Below, one piece after another: positions 8,663-17,328 of a stretch of DNA of 27,259 bases. This DNA comes from an uncultured archaeon (GTDB lineage: Archaea > Thermoproteota > Nitrososphaeria > Nitrososphaerales > Gagatemarchaeaceae), in contig CAWCYD010000001.1 in the NCBI GenBank assembly GCA_963799775.1, positions 1 to 27,259 of the forward strand, written 5' to 3'. The position numbers and the translations under genes are program-made. Numbering within the stretch: position 1 is the stretch's first letter; each line of letters begins with the position of its first letter. The notes beneath the pieces are model-generated. The model worked only from the letters and a program-made list of their open reading frames with translations, searched no databases and had not been told where the DNA came from.

Positions 8663-8995
8663 ATGGAACCGAAGACACAGTCGCTTGAGGAGCGAATCCT
8701 AGGAATCTTGGAGGAGGGCCCGGCTACGCCAGACGAGATTGCCAAAGAGCTAAGGACGGCGTGGGCGACTGCCCAGGGTTACCTGCTTAGGCTTGCTGGG
8801 ACCGGGAAGGTAGTGGCTATCAGGAAAGGACGAGTCAACATATACATGTTGAAGTCCTCGTCCACGTCGGTGCCCAAGATTCCTTCTTGGGCGAGGGACA
8901 GGCCCCTCGAGGAACTAGCAAAGGAACTGGAAGGCTACTTCACTCCTGGGGTTTCTGCCGCAGAAATGATTGAACGCGAGCGCAGGCAATCTTGA
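8663..8995 (+). CDS. wHTH-containing antitoxin candidate
   Basis: ERILGILEEGPATPDEIAKELRTAWATAQGYLLRLAGTGKV is a wHTH. The SAAEMIERERR tail is typical of VapB-like antitoxins; overlaps the PIN gene start. Confidence 0.75.
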   Translation: MEPKTQSLEERILGILEEGPATPDEIAKELRTAWATAQGYLLRLAGTGKVVAIRKGRVNIYMLKSSSTSVPKIPSWARDRPLEELAKELEGYFTPGVSAAEMIERERRQS

Positions 8996-9513
8996 GAATT
9001 GGTCTGGACTCGAGCGCAGTGGTCGCCTCAGTCAAGCGAGAAAGTGAAAAATATCACGTCGACGCCCTTGGCTTGTCAGCGAAAATCGTCAACGGGGACC
9101 ACTCGGGCGTATGCTCTGCTTTGGCTCTGATCGAAATACCGGGGGCTCTGGCATCTTCGACCACGATGCCGTTGGACAAGATATTCGACGTCGAGTTGTC
9201 GTTGATAAAGCGATTTCGCCTCACCTTTAGCCCGTTCGAACTTCATGCTGATGTCGCAGTGAATATGATGTTGGAGTTCAGAGAGCTAAAGCGCAAATTC
9301 GGGATCGGCTCTGCCGATTTTCACCACATAGCGACGGCCAGCGCGGAAGGTTGCTCCTTGTTCGTCACGACCGACGAACGACACCTGCTCCGGCAGAAAT
9401 GCAAGGATGAACTCAAGAAATACGTCCGGATATGCTCGCCCGCCGAGGCGCTGGTGGAAATCGAACGAGAGGACTTGGATAGGCGGGGTTCTCGACGCCC
9501 ATACGGCTCTTAA
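8992..9513 (+). CDS. vapC: PIN-domain VapC-like ribonuclease toxin
   Basis: IGLDSSAVV...LIEI...SADFHHIATA...LFVTTDERHL contains the PIN acidic motifs. Confidence 0.85.
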   Translation: MRIGLDSSAVVASVKRESEKYHVDALGLSAKIVNGDHSGVCSALALIEIPGALASSTTMPLDKIFDVELSLIKRFRLTFSPFELHADVAVNMMLEFRELKRKFGIGSADFHHIATASAEGCSLFVTTDERHLLRQKCKDELKKYVRICSPAEALVEIEREDLDRRGSRRPYGS

Positions 9514-9533
9514 TAACGCCCCGACATCTAGCG

Positions 9534-10211
9534 GTGGACTCGATGAAGCGCCTTCCCCTCGGTGTCCCCGACATGGACCAGATGATGCTCGGTGGAATGC
9601 CGGTGGGCTCGCTGTGCCTCGTCCTCGGGCCGCCCGGCGCAGGGAAGAGCATCCTGAGCAAGCGCTTCCTCTACACGGGAGTGGAGCAGAAGAAGCACGC
9701 GTTCCTGGTCGCAACCAGCGAGGGGGAGGACAGGGTCCTCGAGACCATGCAGCTCTTCAACTGGAACCGCGGCGTGGAGAAGTACCTGCGCTTCCTCGAC
9801 TGCTACTCGTGGAAGTCGGGCAAGTCCAAGTCCAAGTATTCGGCGAGCCTCACCTCGCTCACCGACGTCTCCGTGGGGATCACCTCGATCATCGACGACG
9901 CGGGAGTGGGCCCTGAAGACGAGGCCAGGATCGTGATAGACTCTTTCACCGACGTCATCAACTACGGCGGCGCCGAGAGGGCTCTCCGGCTCCTTGACAC
10001 CGTCCACACAAAGCTCCAGACAAGAGGGGTGACTGGCTTAGTCCTCCTCGAGGAGGGGGTCCACGACGAGAAGACGGTAAAGTCGGTCGAGTACGCCACG
10101 GACGGGACGATCAGGATGAAGTTCTCCGAACAGGGGAGGTTCATGATGGTCAGCAGGCTCGCAGCGACCCCGCTGTCACCGAAGTGGATCGCCTTCACGA
10201 TAGGCAAGTAG
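9534..10211 (+). CDS. RAD55/KaiC-like ATPase
   Basis: LGVPDMDQMMLGGMP, Walker A GPPGAGKS, FLDCYSW, Walker B IVIDSF, EYATDGTI. Confidence 0.92.
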   Translation: MDSMKRLPLGVPDMDQMMLGGMPVGSLCLVLGPPGAGKSILSKRFLYTGVEQKKHAFLVATSEGEDRVLETMQLFNWNRGVEKYLRFLDCYSWKSGKSKSKYSASLTSLTDVSVGITSIIDDAGVGPEDEARIVIDSFTDVINYGGAERALRLLDTVHTKLQTRGVTGLVLLEEGVHDEKTVKSVEYATDGTIRMKFSEQGRFMMVSRLAATPLSPKWIAFTIGK

Positions 10212-10252
10212 GACTCAGGTTTTTATCCGCCTGTAGGCGACGCCAACGGCGC

Positions 10253-10516
10253 TTGTCAGTCGACTACAAGTATGTCGTGAAGGTTCGCGAGGCCGTCAAG
10301 CCAAAGCGAATCCCGAAGGAGGTCTCGGTCCAGCTCAAGGGGGTCGCAGGCGCCAAGGCCATCGCCCGCATGAAGAAGGAGAGCGTCGACTGCCCCGTCG
10401 AAAAGGCCGAGGTGGGCTTCCTCGTCTGCTTCCTCTGTCCCTCGTTCTTGAGAAGGGTCACCGGCGAGGTGCACTGCCTGGGTGGGCAAGGCCCCCCGAA
10501 GGAATGGCTCCTCTAA
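10253..10516 (+). CDS. Small basic protein with four Cys (putative metal-binding)
   Basis: TTG 10253 follows a TTTTAT box at about 10221; motif DCP-x-CFLCPSF...VHC. Confidence 0.7.
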   Translation: MSVDYKYVVKVREAVKPKRIPKEVSVQLKGVAGAKAIARMKKESVDCPVEKAEVGFLVCFLCPSFLRRVTGEVHCLGGQGPPKEWLL

Positions 10517-10554
10517 GCGCGACGAGTTACACGTAAGCCAGTCGGCGCTTGCCC

Positions 10555-10860
10555 TTACTTGAAGAAGCCGACGGCTAGTCCTATGATGAACAGCACCGAC
10601 GAATAGGGAAGGTAGCCTGCCAGCTGGTTGACCTTCCTCGTCAGGTCCGGACCCGACTTCACCAGCGAGATGACCGGTTGGATGACCTGCGCGGGCGTGA
10701 GGATGCCCCCGAAGATCAACAGGACGATGATGATGGCTATCGCCGCGCCGATCTTCAGCGCGCTCTTGATCACGACTCCGACCAGGAACCCGATCACAAG
10801 CGGGATCAGGAGCGCCAAGATGAACGTGACCGACGCGTCTGGCGGAAGTATGGCGACCAT
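10555..10860 (-). CDS. Small membrane protein, FUN14-like
   Basis: IGFLVGVVIKSALKIGAAIAIIIVLL resembles the FUN14 GFxxGxxxKKxxK motif; CTTATA box about 27 nt upstream. Confidence 0.65.
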   Translation of the reverse strand: MVAILPPDASVTFILALLIPLVIGFLVGVVIKSALKIGAAIAIIIVLLIFGGILTPAQVIQPVISLVKSGPDLTRKVNQLAGYLPYSSVLFIIGLAVGFFK

Positions 10861-10929
10861 CGGTGGCTGTCGAGCCCTTCCCGCGTATAAGTGCTTTGAA
10901 CGAGTGTTCTGTCTTGGCGCGTCAGCTGA

Positions 10930-12333
10930 CTATTGCGAGCGCGTCAGCCTCAGGCCGTTGGCGTCCTCGACGAGCTGCGTGGGGAAGAGGCTCCTCACGA
11001 AGCTCACGACCTTCTCGTCGTGCGCGCCAAGGGTCATCAGGAAGAGGGATGCCGTCCTGCCGTTGCCCGTCGTCTCGTTGACCTGCTTCACGAACTTGTA
11101 GGTGCCCTCGAACCCTGAGGAAAGGACCATGTCCGAGATGCTGTCGAACACGATCGCCACCTGAGCAGGAGCGGTGGCGGCGGCTATCGTCTTGTCGATG
11201 AGGTCGAGGATCACCGCGTAGTCGTTGCTGGGGATGAGTATCTGCGATGGCTCGTTCTCCTCGGGCTTGGGGTACGTGACCTTCACGGAGAGGATGTAGA
11301 ACCTCACGCCGTCTATCTTGTGCAGGGCGTTGTAGATGGGGCTGCCCTTCGCAGTGAAGACGTAGACGGTGTGCCCAGTCGACAGGCACTGGCGCGCAAA
11401 GTCGGAGGTGACCTGCTCGTAGGCGACGGCGGGGTCCGTCTCGAGGAGGAGGGTCCTCCCGGGCAGGAAGGAGCTCTCGACGCCCAGCCGCTCCGTGAAC
11501 GGGAACTCCGCCGAGAGCTTCCCCGTGGGCCTCACAGGCTCGAAGAAGGCCGTGAGGAGCGAGGCTCGCCTGAAGACGAGGGCGCTTATCCCGAACGCGA
11601 CGGAGGCGATGAGGTACCCGAAAGGCGTCGCGTCGAAGTTCGAGGAGAGGAGGTAGCCGTTGAAGAAGAGGAGGTCGACTCCGATCCCGCTCCAGATGAT
11701 CGGCAGGATGTTCAGCACCCTCCCCACTGAGGGGTCCTTGACCTTCCTCGCGGCCAGGACGAGCAATGAGGAGGGGAAGAGGATGAAGACCGCGAGTATC
11801 ACGAGGAGGAGCACGAGGTAGTAGTTGGTGAACACGGTGATGGGCACGGCAGCCCCGGTGACGCTCGACACCGTCTTGCTGGTGAACGGCTGCTCCACGA
11901 TGAGGTAAACGCCCGAGTAAACGATGAACGCCGTGTACGCGCCGAATAGGGCGAGTAGGCCCTTCTTCTCCATGAGCAGCTTGACCACCGTCTTGTTCCC
12001 TATGCCCGAAGGCACGATGTACACGGTGACTCCCAGAAGAGTGAGCAGGACCACGTCCGCGAGGATGAGGGTAGTCCCCCCTATCGTGTAGGTGGTGATG
12101 AAGTTGACCGAAAGGAAGGCCGTGCGCAGGAACTCGAAGACCACTACGCCAGCGAAGAGGACGTGGACCGCGAGGAGCAGCCCCTTCGTGTACTGGTACG
12201 CCGTGATCTTCTGGCGGTAGATGTAGTAGGCCGAGAGCGCCGTGATCTCGAGGGTGACTATGTGGACGAGGGGGTAGAGCAGGTATGGGAAGATGTCCGG
12301 GGTCACGGAGGCTGCCGACGCCAAGATGGACAA
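10930..12333 (-). CDS. 7-TM membrane protein fused to a degenerate KaiC/RecA-like (DUF835-like) cytoplasmic domain
   Basis: Seven hydrophobic segments in the first ~255 aa. Then GRTLLLETDPAVAYE (Walker A position without GKT), IVFDSISDM (Walker B) and FLMTLGAHDEKVVSFVRSLF. SD-like GGTGAGGAGG upstream. Confidence 0.85.
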   Translation of the reverse strand: MSILASAASVTPDIFPYLLYPLVHIVTLEITALSAYYIYRQKITAYQYTKGLLLAVHVLFAGVVVFEFLRTAFLSVNFITTYTIGGTTLILADVVLLTLLGVTVYIVPSGIGNKTVVKLLMEKKGLLALFGAYTAFIVYSGVYLIVEQPFTSKTVSSVTGAAVPITVFTNYYLVLLLVILAVFILFPSSLLVLAARKVKDPSVGRVLNILPIIWSGIGVDLLFFNGYLLSSNFDATPFGYLIASVAFGISALVFRRASLLTAFFEPVRPTGKLSAEFPFTERLGVESSFLPGRTLLLETDPAVAYEQVTSDFARQCLSTGHTVYVFTAKGSPIYNALHKIDGVRFYILSVKVTYPKPEENEPSQILIPSNDYAVILDLIDKTIAAATAPAQVAIVFDSISDMVLSSGFEGTYKFVKQVNETTGNGRTASLFLMTLGAHDEKVVSFVRSLFPTQLVEDANGLRLTRSQ

Positions 12334-12561
12334 CAGGACGAGCTCTACCTCCTCACCGAGGAAGCTACGCTAGATAAGTCGAGGGAGACCACGAACTTTC
12401 TTCTCGCGGCGGGGTTTATAGTCAATGTTTTCGCGCTTTTTCCGTGAAACTTCTAACTTTCTCAATCTTTAGGCTATAAGGCGAATGGAGCAGAAATCTA
12501 GTCGGCCGCTTGCGCATGACGGACTGCAACGGACCGCGTCCCGGGCTGCTAGAAGGATGGG

Positions 12562-13284
12562 TCAGTACTTCGAGACCGACATCTTCGGTGCGAACGAGAC
12601 GGTATGGTACCGCTTGCTGTGCTCGGTGCCCCTCATCTTCAGGATTATCAGCCGCGTCTTGAACTGGTCCTTGTCGACAACGTTCTCGAGGAGCATCACG
12701 GAGTCCGCGACGAAGCCCTCGATGCCGAACCCCGCGCCCGGCGTCTGGCTTATCGTCATCAGGGTGGTTATCCCCTGGTTCTTCAGCGTCTTGTAGACGC
12801 TCTTCATGAAGGCCCTCAGCTCGAACTTCGACTCCGTCGCGAGGAGCAGGGCCGTGAGAGAGTCGATTATCAGGATGGTGCTCTTTGTCTCCTTGACCGC
12901 CGCGATGAGCAGCTGGATGTTCGTCTCGAGCTCCTTCCCCTTGAGCGCGTCCAGGTCTATGACCTTCAGGTTGCCCGCCCTCTCGGCGGCCGCGAGGTCG
13001 ACCCCGAGCTTCTTCATGTTCCTGATGAGGTACTCGGTGGACTCCTCGAAGGTCGCGTAGACGACCTTCTCCTTCTGCTGCGTGACCGCGTTGTAAGCGA
13101 AGGTCGATGCCAGGATCGTCTTCCCCGTGCCCGGCGCGCCGGCGAGGAGGTGCATGTCGCCTCGGATCAGCCCGCCCTCGATCATGTTGTCGAGACCCTC
13201 GATGCCGGTGGGGATCCTGACGGCGCTGCTCATGGGTTTCGCTCCTGTTCCGGGCGACACTATTTCAGCTTGATGCTCTGGCAT
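12562..13284 (-). CDS. RAD55/KaiC-like ATPase
   Basis: IPTGIEGLDNMIEGG, GAPGTGKT, ATFEE, LIIDSL, KMRGTEH. Confidence 0.93.
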   Translation of the reverse strand: MPEHQAEIVSPGTGAKPMSSAVRIPTGIEGLDNMIEGGLIRGDMHLLAGAPGTGKTILASTFAYNAVTQQKEKVVYATFEESTEYLIRNMKKLGVDLAAAERAGNLKVIDLDALKGKELETNIQLLIAAVKETKSTILIIDSLTALLLATESKFELRAFMKSVYKTLKNQGITTLMTISQTPGAGFGIEGFVADSVMLLENVVDKDQFKTRLIILKMRGTEHSKRYHTVSFAPKMSVSKY

Positions 13285-13291
13285 GGGCTCC

Positions 13292-14332
13292 CTACCCCTT
13301 CCTGACCTCTACGGTCCGGGTGAGCTCGTCCAGGGCGCTCTTCGCGTGGGAGGCGGGCAGGGACTCGAGGAGGGTCCTGCACCGGTTCGTCTGGACGCCG
13401 AGGAGCGCGGCCGCGTACTCGAAGGAGCCCAGCTCCTTGAGGACCTCCAGGAGCTTGTCGGCCTCGAGGGAGGTGAACCACTTCTTGAACAGGAGGGAGT
13501 TGATTGTGTTCTTCTGGACTGCGTCCGCCTTTGAGAGCGCGTGGAGGAGCACGACGTTCCCGGCGTTGTTCTCGATGTCCTTGAAGACCGGCTTGCCCGT
13601 GCTCTGCGTGTCCCCCGTCATGTCGAGGATGTCGTCCCCTATCTGGAACGCGATGCCCAGGGACATGCCGAACTCGTACATCCTGTCCACCGTCTGCTTG
13701 TCCGCGCCCGCGACGACCGCGCCCGAGGCCGCGCTCGCGGCGAAGAGGGCGCCCGTCTTCTGGCCTATCACCTTGGTGTACTCCTCGGTCTTGATGTCGC
13801 CCCTCCTGGACAGCGCCACCTCGAGCATCTCCCCCTCGGCCGCAAGGCTCGCGGCGGTGCCCAGGAGCTGGAGGAGCCTGATCAACGCGTCCTTCGAGAC
13901 TTGCGTCTTGTCGTAGCGCGCCAGGAGGTTGAATATCTCGAAGATCATGCTGTCCGAGAGCATTATCGCCCTCGCCAGCCCGTACCTCTTGTACGCGGTG
14001 GGGGTCGCGTGCCGCACCGCGGACTCGTCGATAATGTCGTCCTGGATGAGGGAGGCCGAGTGGGCGAGCTCGTAGGCCATCGCCACCGGGAAGCCTGGCT
14101 CGGGGTTGCCGCAGATCGCCTCGCAGGTCAGGATGGCGAGTATGGGGCGGAGGCGCTTCCCGCCCGCCTTTATCGCCTCGTTCGCGGCTGCGGATATCCA
14201 TCCGTCCGAGCTGTAGATCTCGGAGAGGCGCTTCTCCACCTCGAGCCTGTACCTCGCGAGGAGGGGGTTCGGGTGGCCCTCCTGCAAGCCCTTGACCCTC
14301 TCAGCCCCGTCGCTAGATGAGTATCTTGCCAA
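13292..14332 (-). CDS. Polyprenyl diphosphate synthase (GGPP synthase / IspA family)
   Basis: GGKRLRP, first Asp-rich motif LIQDDIID, KTGALF, second motif FQIGDDILD, GKP. Confidence 0.95.
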   Translation of the reverse strand: MARYSSSDGAERVKGLQEGHPNPLLARYRLEVEKRLSEIYSSDGWISAAANEAIKAGGKRLRPILAILTCEAICGNPEPGFPVAMAYELAHSASLIQDDIIDESAVRHATPTAYKRYGLARAIMLSDSMIFEIFNLLARYDKTQVSKDALIRLLQLLGTAASLAAEGEMLEVALSRRGDIKTEEYTKVIGQKTGALFAASAASGAVVAGADKQTVDRMYEFGMSLGIAFQIGDDILDMTGDTQSTGKPVFKDIENNAGNVVLLHALSKADAVQKNTINSLLFKKWFTSLEADKLLEVLKELGSFEYAAALLGVQTNRCRTLLESLPASHAKSALDELTRTVEVRKG

Positions 14333-15179
14333 GGTAGATCAACGGTCCCCACAGTATGTACTCGGCGTCGGCGATCACGTCGCAGATGAAGCCCAGGTTG
14401 GCGTTGCTCTGCATGGCGAAGGTCCTGTATATCGTCGAGTAGATCGGCAGCAGTATCAGGGAGAGCGCGTAGGACGGGACGAGGCCCGCCGCGAGGAGCG
14501 CGATGAGGTAGGCCGCGGACGCCGCGTCGATCACCCCGACCACGCTGAACGACCTGGACACCCCCAGCTGCGTCGGGAGCGTCTTCACACCGTTCTCCCG
14601 GTCTCCCTCGGTGTCCCTGATATCGAAGATTATCGTGTTTGTCATCAGCCTCAGGAAGATGAAAGGGCCGAGGAGCAGGAGGGGCGCGTTGAAGCCCCCG
14701 AAGTAGAGGCCCACGAGGATGGGTATCAGCGACCATCCGAAGGATATCGAGACGTTCTTGAGGAGGACCTTCTGCTTGAGGTTCCTCGCCCCGATGAGCC
14801 CTATGAGCCGCTTCGACCCCACGCTGTAGAGCAGGCTCAGCCCGAGCGGGACGAGGAGGGCGACGAAGAATATCCAGCTGACGGTGGCGGCGAGGGCGTA
14901 GCCTATCAAGAACGAGGCCGCGACCACGCCGGGGAGGACCTTCCTCCTCCTGGAGAGGTAGCTAGTCCTCTCGGGGTGCGAGGCGAGATCGGTGTCCATC
15001 TCGGCGCTCCGGTTCATCATGTACGCCCCGAACGAGAAGAGGTACGCCATCACTAGGAGTACCACCGTCGGGTTGCGCCCGAAGAGGAACGCCGCCGCGC
15101 CAGCGATGCTGGCTGTCCCAAGGGCCAGGAGGTGTCCGCCGAGTACCAGCTCTCTGTAGACGACGCTGATTGGCTTCAT
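14313..15179 (-). CDS. UbiA-family membrane prenyltransferase
   Basis: Multi-TM; motif I YMMNRSAEMDTD..HPER and motif II FDIRDTEGDRENGVKTLP. ATG 15179 overlaps the upstream stop (ATGA). Confidence 0.88.
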   Translation of the reverse strand: MKPISVVYRELVLGGHLLALGTASIAGAAAFLFGRNPTVVLLVMAYLFSFGAYMMNRSAEMDTDLASHPERTSYLSRRRKVLPGVVAASFLIGYALAATVSWIFFVALLVPLGLSLLYSVGSKRLIGLIGARNLKQKVLLKNVSISFGWSLIPILVGLYFGGFNAPLLLLGPFIFLRLMTNTIIFDIRDTEGDRENGVKTLPTQLGVSRSFSVVGVIDAASAAYLIALLAAGLVPSYALSLILLPIYSTIYRTFAMQSNANLGFICDVIADAEYILWGPLIYLGKILI

Positions 15180-16318
15180 TCGCCGCGGCCTCGCTCGCCT
15201 TGCGTGGCCGGCCGCGAGTCTCCGTGCTCTGTCGTCGGCGCCATCGACTGCGAACCTTCCTCTGAGATGCCGAAGAGCCTCCACCCCAGCCTCTTGTCGA
15301 ACATCTCGTCGGGGACGTTGAGGTACTTCGTCTTGGACGAGTCAAGGATGGACATCTCGAGCTTGCTCTTGGCGGGGCCGAGGTGCGTCTCGATGAACCC
15401 CACGCACTCGTGGAAGCTCAGTATCGGGATGTCCATGAACGCGAAGTAGTCCTTGCCCTCGGTCCCTCCCTCGACCCACGTGAACGGGAGCTTGTTGAAG
15501 AGCTTCCTCACGGTGTTGATCTCCTCCTGCTCGAGGGCCTTGAACGCGGCCATGACCTGCATTATCTCGCTGCTCTTCCCCTGCTGGAGCGGCCACGTCC
15601 ACCTCACGTTGTTCCCTATGATGAGGTTCCCCTTCACGACATGCTCCGCGTGGTGGTAGCGGACCGTCCTGGGGTTGACCCCTATCTCCTTCCCTACCTT
15701 CGCCAGGCCGAACGTCGGGTCCTCCATCAGGTACTTCAGAATCTTGATGTCGACGTCGTCGACCTTCGGGTCGCGGTTCACGGAGAAAGAGGTCACCCCC
15801 GCCTCCTGGGTCGTGGTCTCGATGCGCTTCCAGTCGACGTTCCAGCACTTGGTCTCGAAGTTGTAGAGCTCGGACCTGAAGGGAGGGTACCTCATCCAGT
15901 ACAGCTCGGTGAGCTCGTAGCTCTCGATCAGGCCCTTCTGCTTCAGCTCCTCGAAGCTCTCTGCGTACTTCTTCTTGAAGCGGAACGGTATCCCGTAGAG
16001 GCAGACGTAGTTGTCCGTCCCGACGACCTTGGAGAGGAGCATGAGGTAGTGGGCGTGGTCGAACCAGGACTTTCCCGAGCTGGAGTTAGCCTTGACCTTC
16101 AACAGGCCGAGGGCGAAGCCCAGCTCGCCGTAGTTGATGTTCACCGTGAGGCCGAGACCGAACTTCCCTAGCTGCTTGCTGATCTTGTACCTCACAGTCT
16201 CAGGGTTGAGCCCGGTGAGCCGCGCGAGGAGCGAGTAGTTGGAAGGCCCGACGCGCTTGATGGTCTCGATGAGGAGATAGTCCTGATTGCGGCGCTTGAG
16301 CCGCTCAAACTCCATCAT
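15176..16318 (-). CDS. Lrp/AsnC-like transcriptional regulator with two HTH modules
   Basis: HTH1 NYSLLARLTGLNPETVRYKI; HTH2 DDVDIKILKYLMEDPTFGLAKVGKEIGVNPRTVRYH. ATG 16318/16315 follows a TTTATTA box on the minus strand at about 16349-16355. Confidence 0.85.
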   Translation of the reverse strand: MMEFERLKRRNQDYLLIETIKRVGPSNYSLLARLTGLNPETVRYKISKQLGKFGLGLTVNINYGELGFALGLLKVKANSSSGKSWFDHAHYLMLLSKVVGTDNYVCLYGIPFRFKKKYAESFEELKQKGLIESYELTELYWMRYPPFRSELYNFETKCWNVDWKRIETTTQEAGVTSFSVNRDPKVDDVDIKILKYLMEDPTFGLAKVGKEIGVNPRTVRYHHAEHVVKGNLIIGNNVRWTWPLQQGKSSEIMQVMAAFKALEQEEINTVRKLFNKLPFTWVEGGTEGKDYFAFMDIPILSFHECVGFIETHLGPAKSKLEMSILDSSKTKYLNVPDEMFDKRLGWRLFGISEEGSQSMAPTTEHGDSRPATQGERGRGE

Positions 16319-16446
16319 CGCGCAACCTAATGAGTTGCGTTTTGTGCTAATAAAGCGATGTGAATCTGTCGTCCATGTCCGAGAAAAGTGTAAGAATTGA
16401 CCAAATCTTGTATGTTTCACGCGCGGAATGCGTCGAAGAATTGCGT

Positions 16447-16480
16447 AAATTGGAGCCCAATTTCGCGAACCTATTATAGG
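16447..16480. promoter_or_regulatory. Palindromes in the divergent regulator/KaiC promoter region
   Basis: AAATTGG-agc-CCAATTT (16447-16463) and CCTAT-T-ATAGG (16470-16480, covering a TATA-like TTATA). Confidence 0.45.
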
Positions 16481-16491
16481 AGTGGGTTCGT

Positions 16492-17208
16492 GTGGCTGTC
16501 ATCTTGGCCACTGTCGCCGCGGAAACGAGGCTGAAGACGGGCATCCCCGGCCTCGACCCCCTCATCCAGGGCGGCTTGCAGAAGGGCGACTTTATCCTGC
16601 TGCTCGGCGACCTCGGCACGGGGAAGACCATATTCTCCTCGCAGTTCGTCTACAACTCGGCGAAGCTGTACGACGAGAAGGCCGTCTTCGCGACCTTCGA
16701 AGAGGACACAAGGAGCCTGAAGCGGAACATGCTGAGGTTCGGCATGGACTTCGAGGCGCTCGAGAAGGACGGGAAGATCAAGATCGTCGACCTAGAGGCG
16801 CTCGAGGGCAGGGGCATGGGCTCAAACATCGAGGCGCTCCTCAAGGCCTTGGACGACATCAGCGCGAGGAGGCTCGTGGTCGACTCCCTCACAGCGTTCA
16901 TGAGCGGGGCGGAGCAGAAGTTCGACTATAGCTTCCTCATGCACCTGATCTACAAGACCCTGAAGAGGGAAGGCGTGACCACGCTGATGACCGCCAGCAG
17001 GCCCCAGGGCTTCGCCGTCACGCCAGAGCTGGGCGTGGAGGAGTTCGTGGCCGACGGCATCTTCGAGCTCAGGAACTACATCTCCCGCGACGTTGAGATA
17101 AAGACCCAGTTCCTCATCAGGAAGCTCCGCGGGACGGAGCACAGCAGGAAGTTCCACAGCGTGCTCTTCACCCCGCACGGCGTAGAGATACTTCCCTACA
17201 CCCCGTGA
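16492..17208 (+). CDS. RAD55/KaiC-like ATPase
   Basis: LKTGIPGLDPLIQGG, GDLGTGKT, ATFEE, LVVDSL, GVEEFVADG, KLRGTEH (KaiC CI-like motifs). Confidence 0.93.
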   Translation: MAVILATVAAETRLKTGIPGLDPLIQGGLQKGDFILLLGDLGTGKTIFSSQFVYNSAKLYDEKAVFATFEEDTRSLKRNMLRFGMDFEALEKDGKIKIVDLEALEGRGMGSNIEALLKALDDISARRLVVDSLTAFMSGAEQKFDYSFLMHLIYKTLKREGVTTLMTASRPQGFAVTPELGVEEFVADGIFELRNYISRDVEIKTQFLIRKLRGTEHSRKFHSVLFTPHGVEILPYTP

Positions 17209-17328
17209 CCTGCGCGCCCAAGCGAGTAGCTCTCGTCAAAAGATCGCACTGATCTTGGTGAGCAGAGCGCACTCAGGATGGACGCAGAGTTCAGAACGCT
17301 TTTAATAATCTGGAGCGGTCGGACGACG

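Noticed and set aside
13292-14332. ComQ-type peptide prenyltransferase with a ComX-like peptide
   Set aside because: Both Asp-rich motifs of a normal chain-elongating synthase are intact, and I found no adjacent short Trp-containing precursor ORF.
14313-15179. Housekeeping DGGGP synthase, ubiA or menA call
   Set aside because: Motif I is divergent (NRSAEMDTD) and the context has no lipid or quinone pathway genes; the subfamily cannot be fixed without a search.
4261-17208. Circadian clock (kaiABC)
   Set aside because: All KaiC-like genes are single-domain, lack the CII Ser/Thr phosphosite pair, and no KaiA/KaiB is visible.
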